From the human T2T-CHM13v2.0 reference genome, Homo sapiens, in NCBI RefSeq assembly GCF_009914755.1, contig NC_060931.1: 64,000 nt of DNA; one strand, 5' to 3'. The notes below the pieces were generated by a model. That model searched no databases. It was not told the DNA's origin and worked only from the letters and a program-made list of their open reading frames with translations. Of the stretch, positions 27,721 to 41,066 are shown in pieces. The first letter of the stretch is position 1. Each line of letters starts with the position of its first letter. The position numbers and the translations under genes are program-made.

Positions 27721-30053
27721 TGCCTTTTTATTATAAACTTACATAAATCCCTCATGTGTGCTTGAGAATAATGTTTATTATTTTATTCTTTGGAGCAGAT
27801 CTCTGTATTTGTATATTAAACCAAATGTGTTTTCTTGAAAACATCTGAAACAAATTCATTTTTATTTGCATAATTTATCAATTACTAAATGAGGGCCCTT
27901 CCTTAGAAAGCCAAAACTATATGGGGAATTTATCAATTCTTATTGTAGTTTTTAAAAAATTTTTGTTTTATATAAGTATATACAAGTTTCTAATTGGTAT
28001 ATCCTTGTCTTACATTGAAACATTATTATTAGTGAGATGACTCTTTTTCCGATGTAATCATTTTTGCCTTAAAAATCTGCTTTTTTTTTAAGATTGCTAT
28101 TTTACTCTCCATTACTTTTTTAGTTTTTTTGTATTTACACCTTTTTCCTTTTGATGGTACTTATTCATCTATTCCATATATTATACTACTTTTCTTTCAA
28201 CCTTTATATACATCTCTTTAAATCAGCCCTAAGCTGAGTTTACAAAAAGATGAAAGTCTGTCTACATACCATTTTCTTTTTACTGGAGAGTGAGTTTAGT
28301 CCATTTACATTCATTGTGATTGCCAACATATTTCAATATAATTTTGCTATCTTATTTTGTGCTGTTTTTCATATGGTATTTATCTCTCTTTTAAAACGTA
28401 TTTCTTTCCTTTTTTTTGTATTCAATGTTTATTTTGTTTTACTTTTTCCATTTATGTTAGGATGTACGTTCAAACTACCTACTTTACAAACATGAAAATC
28501 ACCATGCCTCTCAACACCTGTGTGTATGTGCACCTGCATATACACACACAATTATACTCTTACACACACATCCAAAACCAAGACCAGGGCAAAATATTTC
28601 CTTAGTATTTCTCTTTGGTGGGTGAATTTTTAAAATAATCTATGTTTTTACTGATTGTGCAGCCCTTTGGAGACGCGTTCTTTCCAGCTTTATGTGCCTA
28701 GGTTCCAAGTCTATTGCAAGTGACCAAGGCCTTGTTTCTTGTCTTTGTTGGCTGCTAGAAGAGAAATGGAGTTTGAAGGTTAGCAGATGCTTTTATAATA
28801 GCCACAGCCTTAAATTATTGCTTATAATTTTCTTCTTTATTCCTACTTTATTATTCTCTTTTGAGTTTTTTTCTTACTTTGCAGAATAAACACTAGTATT
28901 ACTTGGTGTTGGGTAGTGGGTATGTTCAGGGGTTATCTAATCTACCATCTTGACAGAAACAGAAGCCCCCAATGCTATTTTACTCTTCATTGCTTTCCTA
29001 TGATATCCTCTATATAGGTAAAGAAGGCTTAAATTAAGGAGGGACTGAAATACTATGAAGTACAGTCAGTGAATTGGACATTGGACAATTTTACCTGGTG
29101 AAACCTGTCTACTTGGAGGTCTGTCTTTATCACTCAAGAACTCTGTTGCTGGTATTTCTGGACAGTTGTACAAGAAGGATGCAATGAACAATTTTTATCT
29201 TAATTTACTTTGATTTAGAGAAAAAATAGTCTGTGTGATATAGGAAAATCTGATCCAGCATCTTTTGTTCTTAAGGTTTTATCAGCATGATTTGAGATTA
29301 AAATGAATTAGAAACTTCCAAGTCTGCCTTTATTTTTTTCTAATACAATTATTTGCTAAATATGTAAAAAATAAAAAGTTTTCAAGATTGCTTAGGTTTA
29401 TTACTATGTGATATTCATCTACATAGAAGAAACAAATACCTTATAGTTCAATTAAACTAGCCTTTACCTTATGTGATTTTTATAACATTTAGAAGGATGT
29501 CTTGTGATCTAAAGACACAGCTTCTTGGAATGAGCCTTAATTAGCAGTCTAAGTTTTAATATTATGTTTGTCACTGATGCAAGTCAGGTAGTTTATACAT
29601 TTCAGTTTTGTCTTCTACCAAAGGCTGCCTAATCCTAACTCTGAAAAATGTTAGAATATGCTGGTATTCTTGCAGCTTTCTCCTTTTTGTTCTTATTTTT
29701 CAAAATACTTGCATGTCTGTACATTATACAATGACAATCATGTGGCCTCTTGCTCAGTCTCTTTAGTTGCCACATGGCAACTGTCTCTCAGCTATCATTT
29801 CAGTTTTGGCAGCATCCTATTGTAATTCACTTGTGTATATCAATGACTGGAAAAAGTGAAATGACAGTGCTGTTGAAATAAAGGTAGAAGCCACTAATAC
29901 AGACGTAAGTAGTATTTAGTCTTATTCAGACACTCATTGTATTGACTGAGTTCAATGGTAAAGTAAATGAACAAAACTAAATGGCATGAATAAAATGTTG
30001 AAAATATACCATTGAAGGTTGATCCAAAAGATGGGATTTCATTTGAGACATAA

Positions 30054-30699
30054 TATTTATTTATTTATTTATTATTATTATACTTTAAGTTTTAGGGTAC
30101 ATGTGCACAATGTGCAGGTTAGTTACATATGTATACATGTGCCATGCTGGTGCGCTGCACCCACTAACTCGTCATCTAGCATTAGGTATATCTCCCAATG
30201 CTATCCCTCCCCACTCCCCCCACCCCACAACAGTCCCCAGAGTGTGATGTTCCTCTTCCTGTGTCCATGTGTTCTCATTGTTCAATCCCACCTATGAGTG
30301 AGAATATGCGGTGTTTGGTTTTTGTTCTTGTGATAGTTTACTGAGAATGATGATTTCCAATTTCATCCATGTCCCTACAAAGGACAAGAACTCATCATTT
30401 TTTATGGCTGCATAGTATTCCATGGTGTATATGTGCCACATTTTCTTAATCCAGTCTATCATTGTTGGACATTTGGGTTAGTTCCAAGTCTTTGCTATTG
30501 TGAATAATGCCGCAATAAACATGCGTGTGCATGTGTCTTTATAGCAGCATGATTTATAGTCCTTTGGGTATATACCCAGTAATGGGATGGGTGGGTCAAA
30601 TGGTATTTCTAGTTCTAGATCCCTGAGGAATCACCACACTGACTTCCACAATGGTTGAACTAGTTTACAGTCCCACCAACAGTGTAAAAGTGTTCCTAT
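30054..30699 (-). mobile_element. L1PA2-like 5'-truncated L1 (~645 bp)
   Basis: (TTTA)n tail, antisense 3' UTR with the GCTAGATGACGAGTTAGTGGG diagnostic, extending into the ORF2 end. Confidence 0.95.
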
Positions 30700-30936
30700 A
30701 ATTTTAAGTTGCCAAATAAAATTCTCTGTACCTTTTGGATTTATTCAGATTTAATTTAAGCCTTTCAGATGAATTCAGAACATTTAATTTTGGTTCATCA
30801 TTTCAAGTTTACCTTTTGCCTTTATCCTATGTTATGATACATGAAGAAAAACATTAAGAGAATCATCAACTGCCTGGTGGTTATAAATGTACTGGAAATA
30901 TTTTTCAATACATTTTTGAAAATGCTTGTAATGGAT

Positions 30937-32190
30937 AATTCATGGCTAAAATAATTAGTTCTTTTTTGTGTAGTCTATTAATTTTCGAGAACAAGTATAA
31001 TATTCTTTAAGATACTTTTTCCTACTTTGACTTATTCTGTATATTTTTTCTGACACACAGAACAATATAAGGCCGTTGATCCTCCCACCTCCACCCTATT
31101 TTCTGCTTCTTTTTGGTAAATCTTAGAAGCATTTTAAATTCCATCTGTCCCTTTTTAAGCTTTCACCAATCTACGAAGGACTTATTCACTTTCTGGAGCA
31201 CCTAGCTTCAATCTCAACCTTTACTTGACAAAATAAGTCTTCCATGTAAACATATATTTGATGAAAAAATTTCAACAAACAATGAATTATTATTATAGAA
31301 AATGAGAAAAAGCTGTAACAAAATCACCTTTAATCTGCCTGCCAAGAAATAACCAATGCTACATTTTGATATAAACTCCCTGAAGTATTTAAATTTATGT
31401 GAATAAATTTTACATATGTGTTATTTTATCTATTTTATGTAGAGAAATGAATCAAATAATAGTTAATGAAAGGTTTTATCATTTCTTTTTATTCATTCAA
31501 AATAGAGCCATTTATATCATACTTATTTGCATATCGATAAATGTGCCTCTACAACTTATATTTTGTATGTAACAAAATTCTATTACATGATATAACAAAT
31601 TTTAACTAATCCTCAATTACTAGAAATTCAGGAGGTTTCTAAGAACATTATTACACACAATTTTTGAGCACCTACTATGTGCCAGCTCATATTTGAGGCA
31701 CTGGAGTTTAGCAATAAACAAGACAGGTAAGTTTCTGCTCATATGGAGCTTATTTCTGGAGAGTAGCCTTGAATTAATCTCTATTTTCTTTAACCGAGGT
31801 ATTTTTCCTCATTATCACACAGGTATCTTAGGTTGTTGTCCAGAGGTGATGCTTTTTATCCTTCTTAAGGGAAAAAACATAACTTGGATGTATCTCCCCA
31901 TCCGTTTCTTCCACCAACTATGAGTAACAATTCATGGTTAAGAGATTTAATTCTCTTTTTTGTGTAGCTTATGAATTTTTAAGAACAAGTACAATATTCT
32001 TTAAGAGACTTCTTTCTGCTTTGATTTTTTTAAATATATTTTGTTGACACAGAAAATATAGGGCCATTGATCCTCCCACCTCCACCCTATTTTCTGCTTC
32101 CTTTTGTTTATTTCCAGAAGCATTTAAAATTCATTTTGTCTCTTTTTAAGTTTTCACAAATCTATGAAGAACTTTTTCACTTTCTGGAGC
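30937..32190. repeat. Diverged ~260-bp direct repeat pair (30937-31199 and 31929-32190)
   Basis: Both copies run AATTCATGG...AGAACAAGTA.AATATTCTTTAAGA...TTGATCCTCCCACCTCCACCCTATTTTCTGCTTC...TTCACTTTCTGGAGC. Confidence 0.92.
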
Positions 32191-34090
32191 GTTTTTCACA
32201 TTCTCTGCTTTTTTTTTCAAGACTTTGATGGTACAGAAAAATGACTGCTCTTGCAAAACTAAAAGTGTAGCTGGAATATTTGTATTTATTGATTAAGAAT
32301 CATCTTTTACTATCACTCTTTTTAAAAATAAACGTTCCTAAATAAACACAGTTTAGTATATATGAGTTACAGTACAGTTTCATCTAAGCCTCATAGGCTA
32401 CATATATTTTAGCAGTTTTGGTGGTGGAGTTCTGACAGCCACTTTTTACTCTTGCATTGTCCTGTGTGGCATTGCTCCATATCCTTAACCATAAAAGCTG
32501 AGGTGATTTCTATAGCGCTCGTAAGCTCTGGACAGAGAAGCATTGCACTAGCTACCGTAAAAATAGTTCTTAAGACTCTGGTACAAATGACTTTAAACCC
32601 TTTTGTATATATGTAATCATCCAATCTTTTGGCTTTTAGTTCTGGTTTCCCATAAAGATGTTATACTACCTTTTTCAATTATGGTAATGGCAGGATTTTC
32701 AAAGAAGGATAGTCTATACCAACAAGCTATTCTATATACATAACTTCAATTTCTGTCCTCTAAATCCTGGGGAATATTTGCCCTCTTGAATGCAGAAAGG
32801 CAGCCCATCTGCTTCTTTGGGTAATTTACTTCATTATTAAATTGTTCTATAAGGTGATAGGAGAACTTTTCAGAGGAGTTTTCATCTTACCAGAAACATG
32901 ATATACCATTGGACTTCATTCATTTTCTTGTTTTCATTTCTTACAATACATAGCTGACTATTTTCTCCTCTACATACTTTTGCATGGCTAGGGGTCAACT
33001 CCTATCGTTAGAAAAATGTAGATTAAAAGTGGCACTATTAATGTAAGAGTTAACTTTGCTTGGATTTCATGTGTGGAAGTTCAGAGATAATTAATTGGGC
33101 TTTCATTGTCGTTTTGCCTTTTTCATTTCAATGTATAAATCTATTTTCAGGGAGGGCTGGCTAGCAGGACAGCAGAAGTCTAAGACTTCCATAACCTTCA
33201 CCTTTTGAAAAACTCTTCATTGCTTTTGGATAGTCTCAATTTCTTCTTCTATTTCTCTTAAGAAAATTCAGAATTAGTGTTGAAACTTTTTTTTTTTGTA
33301 AAACCAAACTCTGTTAGATCCTTTCAAGTAAGTCATTTACCACAGATTTCCTGGAGTTAGATTCCAACTAGTATTTATGTTTTTAGTTGACATTTAGGAA
33401 AGGTTTTCAGCTAGAGTTAAAAAGAGAGTGAGGGGCGAATATGTGTAGCTCAGCTGTTTTGAAAATGATCTGTTTGTAGAAGGCCACAAAGCAAATATTA
33501 TTATCTTAATCTTATTCTGAATTTTCACCACTAAAACCACATTCTATTGAAGGAATATATAATAAAAGTGCATTATCATATAGTGTCACAATGAGGGATT
33601 CAGGTGCGAAGGGAAGACTCATTCCTGTGAAAACATAGCCCATCCCCAGCAGTTGGTAGAAGGATTTGCTGGAGTTCCTCCTCTTTGTGTGGCCTATAAA
33701 ACATTCCATGAGGCATGTGGCAATAGTCACAATGATAGTGGTCTTATCTCCTCCAGTCTTAGCATCCTCACTCAAGCCACCTCTTTTCATAGACACATAC
33801 TTTATGTTTGGGAAGAGGTGCTCTAGGTGGGACACCCCTGCCTGCTCCAAATAATTCCTACTGACATCCATGGCAGCTTCATTCTATCTGAGCTGGAGAT
33901 TTGGGAATTTAGGTGGGCACAGAAGAAAGAAGGGGTTTGGGGCAGTGTCGTTTGGATGATTTTGACAGATTCTTCCTGGGGGTAAAGAGAGATAGGTGGG
34001 TCTAATCATCCAAGGGAAATAAAATGCAAAGGTGTGTGTATATGGAAAATCAAGGGAGAGGAAATTAAAATTATCCAGATTGCTTATTTA

Positions 34091-34612
<522 letters not shown>

Positions 34613-34799
34613 TCATCTCAATGTGTAAATGCATGTGTGTGTGTGTGTGTATGTTTATGTGTGTGTGTGATGGTCATATCTCATATATGATTATTGTTGA
34701 TTATTAAAAGATTTTCTTCATAGGATACTGCCCTTGTATGGAAATATCTATCCAGAGAAGAGAATAATAAGCAGTTCAAGAAGAGTTTACAGGCAGCCA

Positions 34800-35150
34800 G
34801 GCAAAATAAGGATCTGCTTTTTCAGACTCTTGCCTTTGCCTAGAATTCTCTCCTCAGCTTTTGCATTTGGGAAATGTGACAAAGTTTTCAAGGTCCCTTT
34901 CATATATCAACTCCTCTGAAAATCTTTCCTTGATCTCTAGCAGAATTAACCCTTACTCCAATGTGTTCCCTTGGCACAACCGTAAGCACAGTTTTGTTTT
35001 ACAATATTATATTTTGTTGTGCATGTGTCTTTCTCCCTAGCTACACTAAACTATATGGGGCTAGGAAGGCATTTAATATTGCATCTCTAGTGCATAGCAA
35101 TTTGGTGGCACAAATTAGATGTAAGATAAAATGTTATTGAATGAATGATC
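34800..35150 (+). mobile_element. L2 3' fragment
   Basis: TTTGCCTAGAATTCTCTCCTC...TGTGTCTTTCTCCCTAGCTACACTAAAC...AAATGTTATTGAATGAATGA terminus. Confidence 0.7.
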
Positions 35151-35379
35151 TTCATCTAAGTGATTTATATCATTGGCTTCAGTTTATGTTTACATCTTGG
35201 TTGCTGCACAAGGAAGATATGTATAAGAAGGAAACATAGCAAAGGCAAAATATTCTAGTTCACTTCTGATAAGACAAATAATAAAGCTAATTAATAATGA
35301 GTAAGCGTTACTTGCTTTTGCATCACAAAAACACAAGTAGGTTCTTTGTAATATTTGTAGAATAAATGAATAATTAATA

Positions 35380-35960
35380 AAAGCTTTTTAAAATTAAACC
35401 CTTAATATATGCTAGACACTGAGTAAATTTATTTACTTATCTCATTTTACTTCTATTAGACTGGGAGCAAGGTGTTGTTATCCCCATTACAGAGAAGAGG
35501 ATATAGACTCAAAGAAATGATGCAACTTTACTAAAATCGGATAACTCACAAACTGTAGAGTTAATGTTTTTTTTTTTTTTCCAGAGGGTGGTCTTTCTTT
35601 CTTTTTTTATTATTATACTTTAAGTTTTAGGGTACATGTGCACAATGTGCGGGTTAGTTACATATGTATACATGTGTCATGCTGGTGCGCTGCACCCACT
35701 AACTCGTCATCTAGCATTAGGTATATCTCCCAATGCTATCCCTCCCCGCTCCCCCCACCCCACCACAGTCCCCAGAGTGTGATATTCCCCTTCCTGTGTC
35801 CATGTGATCTCATTGTTCAATTCCCACCTATGAGTGAGAATATGCGGTGTTTGGTTTTTTGTTCTTGCGATATTTTACTGACAATGATGATTTCCAATTT
35901 CATCCATGTCCCTAGAGTTAATGTTTAAACTGAGGATTGTCTTACTCACTTTCTCATTAA
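35380..35960 (-). mobile_element. MIR split by an L1PA2 insertion
   Basis: TTATCCCCATTACAGAGAAGAGG...ACTCAAAGAAATGATGCAACTT before the L1; AAACTGAGGATTGTCTTACTC continues after it. Confidence 0.6.
35570..35912 (-). mobile_element. L1PA2-like 5'-truncated L1 (~320 bp) with short 3' transduction
   Basis: Antisense 3' UTR with GAGATCACATGG / GGGGAATATCAC / GACGAGTTAGTGGG diagnostics. Perfect 14-bp TSD TAGAGTTAATGTTT (35556-35569 / 35913-35926). Confidence 0.95.
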
Positions 35961-36801
35961 GGTCTTCACCACTCTGCGAGTTTCCCATGAATTTACAATT
36001 CTTCAGCAATGGATTTTTTATTTTGGTCCTCATTCCAATTGTGTATGGCAGAGTAAGATTCGAGTTTCCACAGCTGGTGGATCTTTGATTCAGTGTTTAT
36101 TGTACTTTTATGTACATGATGTCCTAACTGCTATAGGATATACAGTTTTAGCTACATAAGGGCAGGGATTGTGTTTAATTTATTTCTTAGTCTTACAGTG
36201 TCTGCCTGACACAGCACATTGCTAATAAAAGCATACAAACATTTAATTTGAAATTCTGAATTAAAAGAGCAAAAAACCAGCACCATAAATGCCATAAGGT
36301 AGTGCAAGTGCCAAAGAAATGTTACAAGGAAAATGGGCTATGAGCTCAGAATTGAGAGGAATCATTGTAGGTGGGAATTGTCAGGGCGGTTGGATTTGAT
36401 AATTTTGTAAGATATTTTGAAACTTCCTGCCTTAGGTTATTTTTGGTAATTCCTGTATTATTTTGAGCAGTGATTTGCAGGACATTTCCTTTCACAACAA
36501 GGGTCTGGACACTTGACTTGGAAACAAGGCGAAAGTAGAGAAGCCCTGACCCACTCCTAGGCAGTCACTGGAGGAAGGGTGAGGAATTTGGGAAAAGGAA
36601 CCAGCATCAAATCAGAGATGAGGGCTCATGGCAGCTGAAAGGGAAGGGGACAGCAGCCTGGAGTATAAGATTCAGGTATGATTTATGATGAGAACTCCAG
36701 CAGCAGGAGATGTCAGGGATATTCCCAATGTTATAAACTTCAAAAATTAAAAGTTTCTTGGCACCAACAAAATCAATTGGAATATTAAGAAAGCAATACT
36801 G

Positions 36802-37187
<386 letters not shown>

Positions 37188-38193
37188 TCAGACCAGTATT
37201 TAGTGACTTCGAAAATACAGTATTTCTATGTCCATGTATACTTTCTACATAAAGTTTGAATAAAATTAGGCTTAACACTTATATATTAATACACTCTCTC
37301 AGTGCCTAAATTGTAAGTTCCTACTACTATGTTTTATTCTTTTTATCTTCAGTACTTGCCCTGGTGTCTAATTTATGTTAAGTGCTCAACGAGTGTTTGA
37401 TTAGTGAACACATTTCCATTTAGTATGTGGCAGTGTTTAGTACTTAAATTTTTTCTTAAGTTTCCCTTGGTTCACAACTTACACATTGTAACTACAGCTA
37501 CAATAAATTGAATACAATATGCAGTACCAGGCTCCAAGGAAACTTGCTTCATGTTGATTTGTGCTTATGAAGTTGACTTTGGGATTTTAAAAAACATATA
37601 GAATAACTGTGACCACATTCAGACATTTAAAAAAGGTTTCTTATCTATCCTTGGCTTTGATTTGTAAGTTATATAATCAAGATGAAAACAGTCATTTATA
37701 ATCATTCCTGGTTCCCATATCACAGTGTATTTATAAAAACAATATGTAGCACTATGTGTATTATTTTATAGTATTACGTATCGTCCTTCTTTTGGTTGCT
37801 TACACTCTAGTAGAAAAAAAGGTCAACCAATTTAGGTTACCTATAAGAAAATAAAATAATATAGATTAATGTGCATACAAAGTCAGCGTGAGGTAGAATA
37901 GATGATTTTGGGACAGGGTAGTTTAGTTTTGAATGGTCTAAAAGAAATAATGAATTATATGCACAAGATTTATATCTGATAACTTAATATTTAAATGCTG
38001 TGATTTACAGAAGAATAGTAAAGGGAAAGCTGGCATAAGAATATGTATATATATATGGAGATAATAAATGGCCTTAAACAGGTTTATCAGTCCAGAAAAC
38101 ATTGCTATTTAGAAAAACATTGGATGCCTTCAGTATTTAGGGATATTGTTTCTCAGACCCTCTATTAAGGGTATCAGAAGACGTTTTCTTTAA

Positions 38194-38587
38194 TCAAGGT
38201 TTTTAGCTTCTTTGCGATGTGTTCAAACATCCTCCTTTAGCTCAGAGAAGTTTGATCATCTGAAGCTGTCTTCTCTCAACTCGTCTGGAAACCGTCATTC
38301 TCAGCAAACTATCGCAAGGACAGAAAACCAAACACTGCATGTTCTCACTCATAGGTGGGAATTGAACAATGAGAACACTTGGACACAGGAAGGGGAACAT
38401 CACACACCGGGGCCTGTCGTGGGGTGCGGGCAGTGGGGAGGGATAACATTAGGAGATATACCTAATGTAAATGACGAGTTAATGGGTGCAGCATACCAAC
38501 ATGGCACATGTATACATATGTAACAAACCTGCACGTTGTGCACATGTACCCTAGAACTTAAAGTATAATAACAAAAAATAATAATAA
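38194..38587 (+). mobile_element. L1PA5-like truncated L1: inverted ORF1 fragment fused to the 3' end
   Basis: 38194-38285 antisense translates DELREDSFR*SNFSELKEDV*THRKEAKNL (ORF1p N-terminal region). 38285-38587 is the sense 3' end. TSD AAGA(CG/AA)TTTTCTTTAA (38178-38193 / 38588-38603). Confidence 0.92.
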
Positions 38588-38939
38588 AAGAAATTTTCTT
38601 TAAAAAGAATGAATATAACTTAGAAATGCATTGTGTTATTTTTTCTGTCAACTCAAATTATTGTGTACTGTGCACTTAGTCACCTGAGGGTGCACAGCAC
38701 AGCAGATAGTCTCAGCTCTGATGCAACTTATCATCCAGTGCTAGGGATGTGTGAATGATTGTGCAGGCAAACAATTTGGGGACATTTCACAATACAGAGA
38801 GACGTGCTGGGATGGTATTGGCATCAAGTGTTTGGGGAATACTTAAGAGGAGCAGAATCCTGCTTGGGAAAAACCCAGTGTGACTTTCTTCTTCTTGCAA
38901 TATTACTTTAAATTAATTTAAATTGCTAAAATATGGTAA

Positions 38940-39170
38940 TGATAATGACAGCAGATATATGGAGCATCTTATTATGTGTCAGCACTGTGAAAATATTTTA
39001 TATAAATTATTTCGTTTTAATTCTTAAAATTACACTGCCAGATAGGCATTAATTTGTTTTGTTGTTTCTATTTTGCAAATAAGGAAAGTGAGGCCTAACA
39101 TTTTAAGTAACAGTCTGAGTAGCACAGAATTAATCAGGGGTGGTGAGAGGATTCAAACTCTTGGACTTAC
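38940..39170 (-). mobile_element. MIR
   Basis: ATGGAGCATCTTATTATGTGTCAGCACTGTG...ATTTTGCAAATAAGGAAAGTGAGGCCT...GGATTCAAACTC. Confidence 0.75.
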
Positions 39171-40265
39171 CTTACAACTCTTAACTTACTGAACCTTTAG
39201 CTCTTAAAACTCTGTTAACTTACATAAACACGGGTGAAACTTTTGAAAAGAGACACTAAGCAAAAACATAGTATTTGTTGCTAAAACAACTACTGTTCAA
39301 AAATTAAGAACAAACTTTCCCACATTTAAGTAGCTATGAATTTTAAAGACTGCAATGCCAAACTTGTTGAAGTTTTAAAAATGAATAAGGCTCAAATGTA
39401 AAACTCATTTTTTGGCATCTGAGGACAGGAAATGTAAATTTGAAATGAATTGGACAAAAGTAAAGCTACTCACTGAAACTGAAATCCTTTGTCATAATAA
39501 CAACTGCAGGCTTCTTTGGCGCAATAATAATTGTAAAATTTTAATGTATGATTGAAGCAGAACTATCAGACAAGGAAAAGATTCACAATCTTTCCAATAA
39601 TAGATATGTTAATTTTTTATGACACTGTACAAGAACAAGTTTAAGGTTACTCTAGAAGGTTAAACATTTGATTTTTAGTTTTACTATTTGTCTTTTATTT
39701 ATCAAAAATTTCCAGTCTAAAAATGGTTAATTTCACAAATGAAGAAAAGTATCAATTATGGAAAAATCAGAGGACATAATTTTTATATCATTCCTTTTTT
39801 TTTTTTTAAAGTAAGTGGCTAACACCATTATACATTGCCTTATATGGAACGATCTTTTCCTCAGGTAATCTCTTTTGATTAAGAAGCTGCACAGTGACAT
39901 AGAAAAATATAGCAGAGTGATTGCTTCCTCTACAAATCATATCTGAATAATAAGTAGTCAAAGCAAGAATAACTGGGAATATTGAGGTGTCTTCATTTTC
40001 TAACCTCAGAATATTTCACCAATTTATTTTATCCTTAAAATGCATTTGAAACTTTTTGTTGCCTTAAGGTTTGCAGCACATAAAATGATATTGTTGGAGA
40101 ACAATTTGAACTGAGGATGGGTTATGAAAAGATCTTTTTATCCCAAGTAATACCAATACCAAAGTGACTATTTCCTGTGCCTACTGATTCTTAAATGACA
40201 ATTTGGCTCACCACACTCAGACTTATCAAAATAGTTCAACCTAAGTGGATCTGACAACTGCCTAG

Positions 40266-40461
40266 AAAGCTTGTCCGACCCACCTTATTTTGTTGTTGCT
40301 GTTTTTCTGTTTTGTTTTGGGCTTTTAGCAGCCTGAAGTCATGTTTTTTGTTTTCTGTCTGAAGTGGTAAGCAGAAAAGAGGGGAGAGGAAGGGGCTTTA
40401 CTGGCCCAACCAGAAACAGAAACTAAGAACCTATGTCTGTATTCTCTCCCTTGGATACCTG
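40266..40461. mobile_element. hAT-Charlie-type MITE (subfamily not confidently named)
   Basis: Imperfect termini AAGCTTGTCCGACCC / CCCTTGGATACCTG; body GGGGCTTTACTGGCCCAACCAGAAACAGAAACTAAGAACC recognised as a recurrent MER-type repeat. Confidence 0.6.
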
Positions 40462-41015
40462 AAAAAGGACATTAAAAAGTCAGTGTAAAACAAAGAAAAA
40501 ACAAAAATGTAAGCGAAATTTATGACTTTGGTTCAATTATATCCCAGATATCCCAAATCTGTAGAAATAACCAAGGAGAGATCAAAATTTTTCAAGTATA
40601 AAGGTAGTACTCAGTTTTTAACTTCTTAAATGAGGAGTGCCCCTCAGTCTTCTGTTATATAAAAATTTACTGTTGCATATGTTTCCAAATAATGAATCAC
40701 CAAGTATGACTGATACATAAAATTATACTATGAAAGAAAACTTACAAGTATTTGAAATATATCAAGTATCCCCCCCAAAAAACAAACCAATTAACTTGAA
40801 ATTGTAAATTACACAAAATGTAATAAGTAAATTAACATATAAAGTCTTTTGTAAATTAAACAAAATATATCAAGTAAGTTAAAATATAAAGACTTCCTGG
40901 ATAGATTCCAACCAAAAAGTTGTTCAGGAGCTTGAAAATACCTTCTTAAATGCTTTGGCTCACATTTCTAGTTTAAATGATTATTGCATATATTTTTGAG
41001 ACATGGCATATGATT

Positions 41016-41016
<1 letters not shown>

Positions 41017-41050
<34 letters not shown>

Positions 41051-41066
41051 TATATATACACACACA
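41017..41066. repeat. Compound (TA)8(CA)9(TA)4(CA)4 microsatellite
   Basis: Read directly. Confidence 0.95.

Noticed and set aside
33666-33854. Short ORF with hydrophobic, signal-peptide-like N-terminus (MRHVAIVTMIVVLSPPVLASS...)
   Set aside because: Only 48 aa from the first ATG, no recognisable family, no supporting exon structure; expected by chance.
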